Assembly (NCBI GenBank): GCA_033762915.1
Contig: JANRLD010000091.1
Coordinates: 1 to 43,956 of the forward strand
Direction of reading: 5' to 3'
DNA length: 43,956 bases
From: Meiothermus sp.
GTDB taxonomy: Bacteria; Deinococcota; Deinococci; Deinococcales; Thermaceae
Under the pieces are notes generated by a model. The model saw only the letters and a list, made by a program, of their open reading frames with translations, had not been told where the DNA came from and searched no databases. Shown one piece after another: positions 25,097 to 34,542 of this stretch; positions within the stretch are counted from its first letter, which is position 1; each line of letters opens with the position of its first letter. Both the position numbers and the translations under genes were made by a program.

Positions 25097-26293
25097 ATGG
25101 AGCGCTACGACGCGGCGATCATCGGGGCGGGGCTGGTGGGAGCGGCAATGGCTTTCGACCTGAACCAGGCCGGTCAGAAGGTGGTGGTGCTCGAGATGGC
25201 CGCAGAGACGGGAGCAGGGGCCAGCCGCACCAACTCCGGCATCCTGCACACCGGCTTCGACTCCAAGCCGGGGGCGCTGGAGACCGCCCTGATCCGGGCC
25301 CAGTGCGCCCGCTGGCCCGCGCTCTTCGAAGCGCTAAAGATTCCCTACAAGGTTCCGGGAGCCGTTCTGCTGGCGCGGAACGCTGAGGAGGCGGGGAAGC
25401 TCGAGGCCATCGCCGCCAACGCCGCCCAAAACGGCGTGGGGGTGGAACTGCTAGGCGAGGGCAAGGCCAAGCAACTCGAGCCCAACCTCCGTTCCGAGGC
25501 AGGTCTGAAGGTTCCGGGCGAGGCCATGACCGACCCCCTGGCGGTAACCCGCGGTCTGCTGGCTGGCACCGAGGTGCGACTCAGCAGCATGGTTTTGGGA
25601 ATCGAGGAAAAAGGGGATTGGCTCGAGGTCAGCACAAGCAGCTCCAAACTCCAAGCCCGCTTCGCGGTCAACTGCGCGGGGCTGTATGGCGATGAGTTTC
25701 TGGGCGACCCCGGTTTCAAAATCATCCCCAGGCGCGGCGAGTTTCTGGTTTTTCCGAAAGAAACTACCCGCCTGATCAACCACATCATCCTGCCCGTTCC
25801 CAACGAGTTCACCAAGGGCATTCTGGCCTTCACCACCTTGCACGGCCACCTGATCGTGGGGCCAACCGCCGAGAACCAGCAGGACAAGACCGACTGGACG
25901 CCCAGCCCCAAAGGCCTACAACTGCTCTGGCAAAAAGCCGCAGAACTCCTGCCCCAACTCGCCAGCACGCGCCCGGTGGACGCGTGGGCGGGCCTCCGCC
26001 CCCACGGCGAGCCTCAGACCTACCGACTCGAGTTCTCCCCCGCCCACCCCCGGCTCCTCCACCTCGCCGCCATCCGCTCCACCGGACTCTCGGCCTGCCT
26101 CGGCATCTCGCAGTACGCCGTACAGATGCTACAGGCTCGAGACCTCCTCCCCTTTTCGCCCCCCGTCCCCGGGACGTCACCCCTCCCCCACTCCCCGCCA
26201 CCCCTGCTGACCCCATGGTGGCAGTCCCACAACGCCCTCCGCGGCGTCAATGGGGTGGCGCTTGTAGAATCCCTGCATGCTCCTGGGGATTGA
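25097..26293 (+). CDS. FAD-dependent oxidoreductase (GlpA/L-2-hydroxyglutarate oxidase-like)
   Basis: IIGAGLVG, GASRTNSGILHTG, NCAGLYGD, PRRGEF, GPTAE and WAGLRP motifs. Confidence 0.88.
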   Translation: MERYDAAIIGAGLVGAAMAFDLNQAGQKVVVLEMAAETGAGASRTNSGILHTGFDSKPGALETALIRAQCARWPALFEALKIPYKVPGAVLLARNAEEAGKLEAIAANAAQNGVGVELLGEGKAKQLEPNLRSEAGLKVPGEAMTDPLAVTRGLLAGTEVRLSSMVLGIEEKGDWLEVSTSSSKLQARFAVNCAGLYGDEFLGDPGFKIIPRRGEFLVFPKETTRLINHIILPVPNEFTKGILAFTTLHGHLIVGPTAENQQDKTDWTPSPKGLQLLWQKAAELLPQLASTRPVDAWAGLRPHGEPQTYRLEFSPAHPRLLHLAAIRSTGLSACLGISQYAVQMLQARDLLPFSPPVPGTSPLPHSPPPLLTPWWQSHNALRGVNGVALVESLHAPGD

Positions 26294-27719
26294 CCAAGGC
26301 ACCAGCGGCACCTCAGTCCTGGCCCTCGACGAGGCGTTCAAGCTGGTCGCCAGGGCCTACCGACCGGTGCACAGCCGCCACCCCCGGCCCGGCTGGGTCG
26401 AGCAAGACCCCGATCAAATCATCCAAACCGTAGTTGAGGCGGTCGGCGAAGTTCTAGGCCAAGTCGGGGGGGCGGGCGCAGTACGGGCCGCCGGGCTGAC
26501 CAACCAAGGCGAGAGCGTCCTGGTCTGGGACCATCAGACCGGCAAGGCGCTCACCCCGGTGGTCGTCTGGTCTGACCGGCGGGCGGCCGGCATCGCCGAA
26601 GACCTGAACCGGAGGGGCCTGGGCGGCCGGGTCCGGCGGCTCACGGGCCTCGAGCTGTCCGACTACTTCTGCGCCAGCAAGTACGCCTGGCTGCTGCGCG
26701 AGAATCCCGAGGTCCGAAAAGCCGCCGGGGAGGGCCGGCTGTGCCTGGGCACCCTCGAGGCCTGGATGGCCCTGCGCCTGTCGGGGCAGGCCTTTAGCGA
26801 CCAGTCCACCGCCTCGCGCACCCAGCTGGCCTACCTTAAGAGCGGGCAGTGGGACACAGAATTGCTCGAGGTGTTCGGCGTCCCCCTCGAGGCTCTACCC
26901 GAGATCAGGCCCTCCTTGTATCGCCACGGCAGCCTCTACCACCCCGACTGGGGCGACGAGATTCCGTGGTGGGCCTCGCTGGTGGATCAGCCGGCGGCGC
27001 TGGCGGGCAGCGGCTGCTTGGGCCAGGGCCAGCTCAAAATCACCTACGGAACGGGCTGCTTCGTGCTGGTCAACGCGGGCCACGCCGCGCCCGAGCCCGG
27101 CGAGGCAATGCTGGCCTCGATCGCCTGGAGCGACGCAGGGCGCAAGACCTACGCGCTCGACGGCGGCGTGTTCACGGCAGCGACGGCGGTGAACTGGCTG
27201 GTCGAGCTCGGACTCGCCGGCAGCCCTGAGCAAACTTCCGCGCTGGCAGAAGCCTCGAGGGATCTATCGGTGCGCTTCCTACCCGCCTTCACCGGCCTGG
27301 GCGCGCCGTGGTGGGACGCGGGGGCTCGAGGGGTCTTTGCCGGGCTGACGGCAGGCACCACCCGGGCCGACCTGGTTCGGGCGGTTTTGGATGGCATCGC
27401 GCTGCGGGTTTGCGACATCGTGCGGGCGTCGGGCCACCAACGACAATCCATCCGCGTCGACGGCGGACTCAGCAACAGCCCCTACCTGATGCAGCGCCAA
27501 GCCGACCTGCTGGGCATCCCCCTCGAGCTCTCCGGCCAGACCGAGGCCACCGCCTTCGGGGCGGCGATCCTGGCGGGCCGGGCGGCGGGTCTGGTGGACC
27601 TGGGGCAGGTCCCCTTCACAGTGCAAAAGCGCTACGAACCGAGGCTGTCCGATTCGGGGCGGGAGGCCGAGTACGCGGCCTGGCTCGAGTGGCTCGAGGC
27701 CGCCCGCAGGCTGCCCTAG
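26277..27719 (+). CDS. FGGY-family carbohydrate kinase (glycerol kinase-like)
   Basis: GIDQGTS, GWVEQDP, DQPAAL, KITYGTG, PAFTGLGAPWW and RVDGG motifs. Confidence 0.9.
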   Translation: MLLGIDQGTSGTSVLALDEAFKLVARAYRPVHSRHPRPGWVEQDPDQIIQTVVEAVGEVLGQVGGAGAVRAAGLTNQGESVLVWDHQTGKALTPVVVWSDRRAAGIAEDLNRRGLGGRVRRLTGLELSDYFCASKYAWLLRENPEVRKAAGEGRLCLGTLEAWMALRLSGQAFSDQSTASRTQLAYLKSGQWDTELLEVFGVPLEALPEIRPSLYRHGSLYHPDWGDEIPWWASLVDQPAALAGSGCLGQGQLKITYGTGCFVLVNAGHAAPEPGEAMLASIAWSDAGRKTYALDGGVFTAATAVNWLVELGLAGSPEQTSALAEASRDLSVRFLPAFTGLGAPWWDAGARGVFAGLTAGTTRADLVRAVLDGIALRVCDIVRASGHQRQSIRVDGGLSNSPYLMQRQADLLGIPLELSGQTEATAFGAAILAGRAAGLVDLGQVPFTVQKRYEPRLSDSGREAEYAAWLEWLEAARRLP

Positions 27720-27738
27720 CAGGTATGCTTACACGCGG

Positions 27739-28632
27739 ATGGAAGCTCTGCTCAACACCATCGTCCCGGTCGCCTTCATCGTGCTGACGGGCTACCTCGT
27801 CGGCAAGCGGATTGACTTCGACCTGCAAACACTGTCCAAGCTCTCGATCTACGTGCTGGTGCCGGTACTCATCTTTGATGCGATGCTGCGCGCCAAGCTC
27901 ACCGGCGGCAGCGTGGTCGGTATCACGGCAGCGTTCTTCTTGTCCTCGGTCTTGTTGTACCTGCTCAGCCTGTTCCTCAGCCGCTTACTCAAGTTCGAGG
28001 CCGGCCCCACCAAGACCCTGATCGCCTCTGCCACCTTCCCCAACTCGGGCAACATGGGCCTGTCCTTGACCTTCTTCGCGCTGGGTCAGCCGGGCCTCGA
28101 CCGGGCTATCGTCTACTTCATCGCCAGCAGCGTGCTGATGTTCGGCCTGGGCCCGGCCTTTTTGCGCGGCGGCGGAGTGCTGCAAAGCCTGCTGTTCACC
28201 CTGCGCCTGCCGCTGTTCTGGACCCTGGCGGGCGGGCTGTTGATCCGGGGTTTGGGCCTCGAGCTACCCGAGGCGCTGGGCGAGGGCGTCCACCTGCTCG
28301 GCCAGGCCTGCATCCCGGTGATGCTGCTGACGCTGGGCATCCAGATCGCCCGATCCAAACCCGAGTGGGGGGCCTACGAGATACAGGCCAGCAGCCTCCG
28401 CCTGATCGCCGCGCCGCTGCTGGCGGCGTTGGCGGGTTGGATGCTGGGCTTGGAGCGCCTCGACATCCAGGTGCTGGTCCTCCAGAGCGCCATGCCCATC
28501 GCGGTCAACGCCTTCCTGATGGCGGGCGAGTTCGGCGGCGACGGCCCGAGGGCGGCCAGGGCGGTGGTGGTCTCGTCGGTGTTGAGTTTCGCCACCATTC
28601 CGCTGGTCTTGCTGGCAATAGGGGTGGCCTGA
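27739..28632 (+). CDS. AEC family (auxin efflux carrier-like) transporter
   Basis: Multiple TM helices; FPNSGNMG and MPIAVN motifs. Confidence 0.88.
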   Translation: MEALLNTIVPVAFIVLTGYLVGKRIDFDLQTLSKLSIYVLVPVLIFDAMLRAKLTGGSVVGITAAFFLSSVLLYLLSLFLSRLLKFEAGPTKTLIASATFPNSGNMGLSLTFFALGQPGLDRAIVYFIASSVLMFGLGPAFLRGGGVLQSLLFTLRLPLFWTLAGGLLIRGLGLELPEALGEGVHLLGQACIPVMLLTLGIQIARSKPEWGAYEIQASSLRLIAAPLLAALAGWMLGLERLDIQVLVLQSAMPIAVNAFLMAGEFGGDGPRAARAVVVSSVLSFATIPLVLLAIGVA

Positions 28633-28730
28633 TCGAGTTTCCCACCATTCCCTCCCTCGCGGCGGCAGGTAATGTACTCAGCAAAAACCGCCCGCTTTAG
28701 CGCCGAAGGGAGTATCCGTGGGAACCGCTC
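28633..28730 (+). mobile_element. MITE family A copy flanked by TGA direct repeats
   Basis: TGA-TCGAGTTTCCCACCATT...GGGAACCGCTC-TGA; the left TGA is the AEC gene stop codon. Confidence 0.75.
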
Positions 28731-28832
28731 TGAGTGGCGAGTGGCCTGTTGCCCTTAAGCAATCCAAAGGTCCCACGCCACAACATCGCCCTCCCCCTTC
28801 CCTCCTTCCTATTCCCTCTGTAACCTACTCCC

Positions 28833-29435
28833 ATGCACGACATTACCCGCCGCCTCTACAGCGGCCACCCGGTCTGGCCTGGGGACACCCCGTTCGGCTT
28901 CGAGATGGTCTGGAAGATGAGCGAGGGGTCTTCGGTGAACGTGGGGAAAATTGTCGGGACTACGCACCTGGGCACGCATCTGGACGCCCCCTGGCACTAC
29001 GACCCGAACGGCGGCGACCTCGAGACCGTCCCCCTCCAGACCCTGATCGGCCCCTGCCGGGTGATCGACGCTAGGGGGCAGGCCGAGCTAACTGTGGACT
29101 TCCTCAAAACCCAACAGCTCTCCGAGCGCACCCTGTTCTACACCGGCCAACCCAACGACTGGCCAACCTTTCCCGAAACCTTCATGCACGTACACCCCCA
29201 AGCGGCCGAATACATGGCGGCACAGGGGGTCAAACTGTACGGCACCGACTGCCCCAGCGTTGACCCCTTGACCTCCAAGGAGTTGCCAGGGCACAAGGCA
29301 TTTGCGCGGGCAGGGGTGTATATCCTCGAGGGGCTGGCCTTGGAGGGCGTTGTGCCCGGCGAGTACGCCTTGATTGCTTTGCCGCTGCGGCTGCAAGGCG
29401 CGGACGCCTCGCCGGTTCGGGCAGTATTACGCTAA
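28833..29435 (+). CDS. Cyclase family protein / kynurenine formamidase (KynB-like)
   Basis: HLGTHLDAPWH, GTDCPSVD, ILEGL and DASPVRA motifs. Confidence 0.88.
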   Translation: MHDITRRLYSGHPVWPGDTPFGFEMVWKMSEGSSVNVGKIVGTTHLGTHLDAPWHYDPNGGDLETVPLQTLIGPCRVIDARGQAELTVDFLKTQQLSERTLFYTGQPNDWPTFPETFMHVHPQAAEYMAAQGVKLYGTDCPSVDPLTSKELPGHKAFARAGVYILEGLALEGVVPGEYALIALPLRLQGADASPVRAVLR

Positions 29436-30221
29436 AACCACGCGCAGGTCAATTCCCCTCGCCCGAAGCTCCTCGGCAAACTTATCGGTGATCCGGTCAT
29501 CGGTGATCAGCACGTCGACCTGATCCAGGGGCAGGGTTTGCAGCAGTGAGCGAACCCCGAACTTGCTGCTGTCCATCAAGACCACCAGCCGCTCGGCGCA
29601 GGCCACCATGGCCCGCTTGACCTGGATCTCGAGGGGGTTCGGATCCATCAGACCGTTCTCGAGGGTCAGGCCGCTGGCACTGAGGAACGCGGTGTGGGCG
29701 CGCAGCTGGGCAAAGAACATCTCGGCCTGCGGCCCGACAAACGTGTACGAGGGTTCGCGCAGAATTCCCCCGCACCCCATGACAGTTACCGTTGGCAGTA
29801 GGTTTGTGGCTTCCCGGATGGTCTCCAAACCGTTCGAGATGAGCGTAACGCCAGGCCGGGCCAGGTGCTTGATCATGCAGGCCGCCGTCGTGCCCGCCTC
29901 GAGCACGATAAAGTCGCCCTCGCGGACGAAGTTTTGGGCGGCGAATCGACCGATCAGCTCTTTTTCCCGGCGGTGCAGCGCCCTCTTCTTGGAAGGCATG
30001 GGCTCGGAGATTACGGCGTTGTCCAGGCGAACGGCCCCGCCCCGCACGCAGCGCAAGCGGTTCATGCCCTCGAGTGCCTTGAGGTCGCGGTACAGGGTCA
30101 TGCGCGAGACACCAAAGCTGCGCTCGAGGTCGGCGTAGTTGATGCTGCCGTTGCTTTCCACCAGCTGGGCAATGCGCTTGCGGCGCTCTACGGCGAGTAT
30201 GCTGTTGAGTTCCTCGACCAT
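29427..30221 (-). CDS. DeoR/GlpR family transcriptional regulator
   Basis: VSRMTLYRDL HTH, RGGA, AGTT, GG.LR and DSSKF motifs. Confidence 0.93.
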   Translation of the reverse strand: MVEELNSILAVERRKRIAQLVESNGSINYADLERSFGVSRMTLYRDLKALEGMNRLRCVRGGAVRLDNAVISEPMPSKKRALHRREKELIGRFAAQNFVREGDFIVLEAGTTAACMIKHLARPGVTLISNGLETIREATNLLPTVTVMGCGGILREPSYTFVGPQAEMFFAQLRAHTAFLSASGLTLENGLMDPNPLEIQVKRAMVACAERLVVLMDSSKFGVRSLLQTLPLDQVDVLITDDRITDKFAEELRARGIDLRVVLA

Positions 30222-30421
30222 CTTAACAAATCATAACATATCACCCGCCGGGTTTGCCAAATGCAAACCACGCAGTTTTCGCATGTATTTATACCAATTA
30301 CTCCGAAATATCCGACAAAAAGCTGAAAAGCTGCTTTGTTACATTCTGATACATATTGTTATATATTGACAAAGGATGTTACGAGATGTTATGTTTTCAG
30401 TGCGCGAAAGGAAGGTGGCAA
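30222..30421. promoter_or_regulatory. Divergent promoter region with repeated TGTTA operator-like motifs
   Basis: Plus strand: TTGACA(30366)-18 bp-TATGTT. Minus strand: TG-N-TATGAT, 8 bp before the deoR ATG. TGTTA/TAACA repeats at 10-bp spacing overlap both promoters. Confidence 0.6.
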
Positions 30422-31699
30422 ATGAAGAGTAAGTTGGTGACAACACTCATGGCCTTTGGTACGGTGATGGCGCTTGGGAGCGCAGCCTTAGCCCAAGGCG
30501 TAAACCTCCGGATTATGTGCGGTACCGTGGGGACGCAATTCGAGCTGTGCAAAAAGGTCACGGGCGACTGGGCACAGAAGACCGGCAATCGGGTTGAGGT
30601 GATCCAGGCCGTTCCTTCGTCCAACGACCGCCTGGCCTCCTATCAACAACAGCTCGCTGCGGGCAGTTCCGACATTGACATCTACCAGATCGAAAACATC
30701 TGGCCCAGCCTGTTGGGCGATTTCTTTGTCGATATGAAGGATCATGTGCCGGCTACGGCGCTGCGGGATTTCTTCCCCACCATGATCGAAAACCATACCG
30801 TGAACAACCGGCTCATTGCCCTGCCCTGGTACGGCGATGCTGGGCTGCTCTACTTCCGCACCGACCTGCTCGAGAAGTACGGCTTCAAGGCTCCGCCCAA
30901 GACTTGGGCCGAACTCGAGGCCCAGGCCAAAGTTATCCAGGAGGGCGAGCGCCGCAGCAACCCTAACTTCTGGGGATATGTGTGGCAAGGGAACGCCTAC
31001 GAGGGCCTGACCTGCAATGCCTTGGAGTGGATCGTTTCCTTCGGTGGCGGAACCATCATTGACACCAGGGGCAACATCACCGTTAACAACCCCCAGGCCG
31101 CTGCGGCCTTAAGAATGGCCGCCGGTTGGGTGGGTACCATCTCACCGCGTGGCGTTACCAGCTACAGAGAGGAAGACTCACGCGGCGTCTGGCAGGCCGG
31201 CAACGCCGCCTTTATGCGCAACTGGCCCTACGCCTACGCCCTCGGCAACAGCGCCGACAGCCCCATTCGTGGCAAGTTTGACGTCACGGTCTTGCCCAGG
31301 GGCACCGGGCCTAATGCCAAGAGCGCCTCAACCTTCGGTGGGCACAGCTTGGCGGTTAACCGCTTCTCCAAGAACGTCAAAGCCGCTGCCGATCTGGCGG
31401 TGTACATGGCCAGCTATGAAGTCCAAGCCTTCCGGGCCACCATGGGCTTCAACCCCACCCGTCCCGCCGTCTACAAGGATGCCGCCGTGCTCAGGGCCGC
31501 TCCCTTCGTGGGCAAGATGGACGACGTGATGAACAGCGCTACCGTGCGTCCCACCACCATCACCGGGACCAAATACCCCCGCGTATCTGAGGCCTTCTGG
31601 AATGCGTCTCATTCGGTTCTGACTGGGCGGTCCACTGCCGGGGCGGCGTTGGCCCAACTGCAATCCACCCTCAACCGCATCAAAGGAAACGGCTGGTAA
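30422..31699 (+). CDS. Sugar ABC transporter substrate-binding protein (trehalose/maltose/alpha-glucoside type)
   Basis: Signal peptide (ALA-QG); LPWYGDAGLLYFRTDLLEKYG, YEGLTCNALEW and FMRNWPYA motifs. Confidence 0.92.
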   Translation: MKSKLVTTLMAFGTVMALGSAALAQGVNLRIMCGTVGTQFELCKKVTGDWAQKTGNRVEVIQAVPSSNDRLASYQQQLAAGSSDIDIYQIENIWPSLLGDFFVDMKDHVPATALRDFFPTMIENHTVNNRLIALPWYGDAGLLYFRTDLLEKYGFKAPPKTWAELEAQAKVIQEGERRSNPNFWGYVWQGNAYEGLTCNALEWIVSFGGGTIIDTRGNITVNNPQAAAALRMAAGWVGTISPRGVTSYREEDSRGVWQAGNAAFMRNWPYAYALGNSADSPIRGKFDVTVLPRGTGPNAKSASTFGGHSLAVNRFSKNVKAAADLAVYMASYEVQAFRATMGFNPTRPAVYKDAAVLRAAPFVGKMDDVMNSATVRPTTITGTKYPRVSEAFWNASHSVLTGRSTAGAALAQLQSTLNRIKGNGW

Positions 31700-31709
31700 T
31701 CTCAAATGC

Positions 31710-31737
31710 GACCCCTCCTCTAGTTAGAGGAGGGGTC
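31710..31737 (+). terminator. Intercistronic stem-loop after the binding-protein gene
   Basis: GACCCCTCCTCT/AGAGGAGGGGTC inverted repeat. Confidence 0.65.
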
Positions 31738-31754
31738 TGCCTTTAAGGTATTTT

Positions 31755-32654
31755 ATGCGCCCCACCATCGCAAAGCACAATAGCCTAGCCGCCCGCAAAG
31801 CCCGCACCGGCTGGCTGTATCTGATGCCGACCATCTTGATCCTGCTGCTGGTAACCGTCTATCCCTTGGGCCGCACCATTTACCTGAGTTTTTTCGAAGC
31901 GGGTTTACGTTTTCCCCTCAAGCTTGAGTTTGTGGGGCTGATGAACTATATAAACCTATTTTCAGACCCGGTGTGGTGGCGTTCTGTACTCAACACCGTC
32001 ATCTTTACCGCCACTTCGGTAGCCCTCGAGACGGTCTTGGGGTTGATCATCGCCCTGCTGGTGCATACCAACTTCAGAGGACGGGGCTTGGTGCGCACCG
32101 CCATGTTGGTTCCTTGGGCCATCCCTGGGGTGGTTGCCGCTCAACTGTGGCGCTGGATGCTCAACGATGTCTACGGAGTCATCAACGACCTGCTGATGAA
32201 GCTCCAACTGATCAGTCGCCCCTACGCCTGGCTGGCTGAGGGCATGTTGATCATGGTGGCGGTGGTGCTGGCCGATGTCTGGAAAACCGCCCCGTTCATG
32301 GCTCTGATCCTGTTGGCTGGTTTACAGGCCATCCCCAAAGAACTCTATGAAGCTGCCAGGGTAGACGGAGCCACACCCGCCCAGCAATTCTGGCGGATCA
32401 CCCTCCCCCTGTTGCGTCCTGTGCTGCTGGTTGCACTCATCTTTCGTACCCTGGATGCGCTGCGGGTCTTCGACATGATTTACGTGATGGCCGGAACCCA
32501 GATCGCGACCATCAGCATGAGCATCTACGGTCGCCAACAGTTACTGGAATTCGCCGATATAGGCTACGGCTCAGCGGTATCCACCGCGATATTCTTGATT
32601 ATCGCCATCTATACCGCGGTTTACATAGCCACCCTAAAAGTGGAGGTGCGCTGA
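31755..32654 (+). CDS. Sugar ABC transporter permease (MalF-like)
   Basis: [11 protein letters not shown] loop; multiple TM helices. Confidence 0.93.
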   Translation: MRPTIAKHNSLAARKARTGWLYLMPTILILLLVTVYPLGRTIYLSFFEAGLRFPLKLEFVGLMNYINLFSDPVWWRSVLNTVIFTATSVALETVLGLIIALLVHTNFRGRGLVRTAMLVPWAIPGVVAAQLWRWMLNDVYGVINDLLMKLQLISRPYAWLAEGMLIMVAVVLADVWKTAPFMALILLAGLQAIPKELYEAARVDGATPAQQFWRITLPLLRPVLLVALIFRTLDALRVFDMIYVMAGTQIATISMSIYGRQQLLEFADIGYGSAVSTAIFLIIAIYTAVYIATLKVEVR

Positions 32655-33484
32655 TGAATCTGCTGTATCGGGCCTTGCTGTACGCGGGTGTGGGGTTGAT
32701 TTTGGTCTATCTGCTCTTCCCCTTTTACTGGGCCATCATCAGCTCTTTGAAAACGCCCACTGAGCTGTTTAAGACCCCCATCGACTACTACCCCCCTAAC
32801 TTCCGTTGGCAGAACTACGTCGAGGTCTTTCAGGCCCAGCCCTTCGGACGCTATTTGCTCAACTCGGCAGTTGTGGCTGGAACCACCACCCTGCTGTCTT
32901 TGCTGATCGGCAGCTTTGCCGCCTACGCGCTGGGCCGCTTTCAGTTTCGAGGCCGCAGTGTGGTCTATTACGCCACCCTGGCCGTTACCATGTTCCCGCA
33001 AATCAGTCTGCTGAGCGGAATGTTCATCTTGCTGCGGACGCTGGGCCTGTACAACAACTTGTTGGGCCTGGTGCTGGCCTACATGGTTTTCAGCCTCCCA
33101 TTTACGGTCTGGCTGCTGACCAGCTTTGTGCGGGATATTCCCTGGGAACTCGAGGAAGCCGCCTACGTGGACGGCGCCTCGCCGACCCAAACCCTGTTCA
33201 GGGTGATGCTTCCGCTGATGGCACCGGGTATGGTCACCGCCGGTCTGCTCACCTTCATCCATGCCTGGAACGAGTTCCTGTTTGCCCTCACCTTTACCAT
33301 CGACGACAAGGCCCGCACCGTACCGGTGGCCATCGCAACGTTTAGCGGGGTGAGTTCGTTTGAGTTACCCTGGCACTTAATTATGGCCGCCTCGGTCATC
33401 GTGACGATACCACTGTTGGTTTTGGTGTTGATTTTCCAGCAACGGATCGTAGCCGGGCTGACCGCTGGGGCCGTGAAGGGATAA
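32654..33484 (+). CDS. Sugar ABC transporter permease (MalG-like)
   Basis: [13 protein letters not shown] and GLTAGAVKG motifs. Confidence 0.93.
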   Translation: MNLLYRALLYAGVGLILVYLLFPFYWAIISSLKTPTELFKTPIDYYPPNFRWQNYVEVFQAQPFGRYLLNSAVVAGTTTLLSLLIGSFAAYALGRFQFRGRSVVYYATLAVTMFPQISLLSGMFILLRTLGLYNNLLGLVLAYMVFSLPFTVWLLTSFVRDIPWELEEAAYVDGASPTQTLFRVMLPLMAPGMVTAGLLTFIHAWNEFLFALTFTIDDKARTVPVAIATFSGVSSFELPWHLIMAASVIVTIPLLVLVLIFQQRIVAGLTAGAVKG

Positions 33485-33494
33485 GGAGCCGACT

Positions 33495-34064
33495 ATGAGT
33501 CTGCTGCAGTTTAACTTTGACCCTCAGAAAGCCACTATCGCAGGTAAGCCCCGTCTGGAGCGCAGGCTGTCCGACCTCGAGGGCGTATACAGTGACCCAG
33601 TAGCCTACCAAAACGCCCTGAAGGAAGATAACCCCGTGGTGTACACGGTTTCGTCGGTGGAGGATTACAATCAACCGGGGGATTTGCAGTTTGGTTTGGG
33701 GTGTTTGATGCCAGGCAAGGTTGGGGGCGAATACTACATGACCAAAGGCCACCTACACACCTGGCTCGAGGCCGCCGAGGTGTACATTGGCCTCGCCGGT
33801 GAAGGGTTGATGCTGCTGGAAAACCCCAAAGAGGTTTGGGCGGTCGAGCTCAAAGCCAACACCGTGGTCTATGTTCCCGGTGGAACCGCCCACCGCACCG
33901 TAAACACCGGATCGGTCCCCCTACTGTACTGGGGCATTTATCCGGCTGGAGCGGGCCACGACTACGAAAGCATCCGCCAGAAGAACTTCCGGCAGGTGGT
34001 GCTCGAGCAAGCTGGTAAACCGGCGGTGCTCGAGCGTAGCAAGCTGCTGACCCAGCGGGTTTAG
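33495..34064 (+). CDS. Cupin (archaeal-type) glucose-6-phosphate isomerase-like protein
   Basis: PGKVGGEYYMTKGHLH...EVY..L.G.G, HRTVNTG and AGHDY motifs. Confidence 0.88.
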   Translation: MSLLQFNFDPQKATIAGKPRLERRLSDLEGVYSDPVAYQNALKEDNPVVYTVSSVEDYNQPGDLQFGLGCLMPGKVGGEYYMTKGHLHTWLEAAEVYIGLAGEGLMLLENPKEVWAVELKANTVVYVPGGTAHRTVNTGSVPLLYWGIYPAGAGHDYESIRQKNFRQVVLEQAGKPAVLERSKLLTQRV

Positions 34065-34149
34065 CTCTACCAACCCCCACACGGTCTGCGCCGTGCTGTC
34101 AGATATGGGTAGCCGGGCGGTTAAGCCCAAGATATTGGAGGTTGAGTTC

Positions 34150-34542
34150 ATGTCCAAGTACGTCACCAAACCAATCCCCAGCCAGATGCCCTCCATCGAC
34201 CACGTGGTGCGGCCTTGGGGGGAGTTTTGGCAATACGCCAACAATGAAGAGGTCACAGTCTCGCTGATGTCCGTCAAACCAGGCCAGCGCCTTTCGCTGC
34301 AATCGCACACCGGTCGGGCGGAACTTTGGATTGCCCTTGATGATGGGGCCAAAGTCGAGGTGGACGATCAGATTTACTATCCCAAGGCGGGCGAGACCAT
34401 CTGGATTCCGGCCAATGGCCGCCACCGCCTGAGCAGCACGGGCGGCACGGTGCGGGTGCTCGAGGTGGCCTTCGGGAACTGGCAACAAGAAGACATCCAG
34501 CGCTATCAAGACGACTACCAGCGTCCTGAGCAGGGGGAATAA
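34150..34542 (+). CDS. Cupin, type II phosphomannose isomerase C-terminal domain
   Basis: RPWG, VKPGQRLSLQSH..R.E.W, HRL and EDIQRYQDDY motifs. Confidence 0.85.
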   Translation: MSKYVTKPIPSQMPSIDHVVRPWGEFWQYANNEEVTVSLMSVKPGQRLSLQSHTGRAELWIALDDGAKVEVDDQIYYPKAGETIWIPANGRHRLSSTGGTVRVLEVAFGNWQQEDIQRYQDDYQRPEQGE

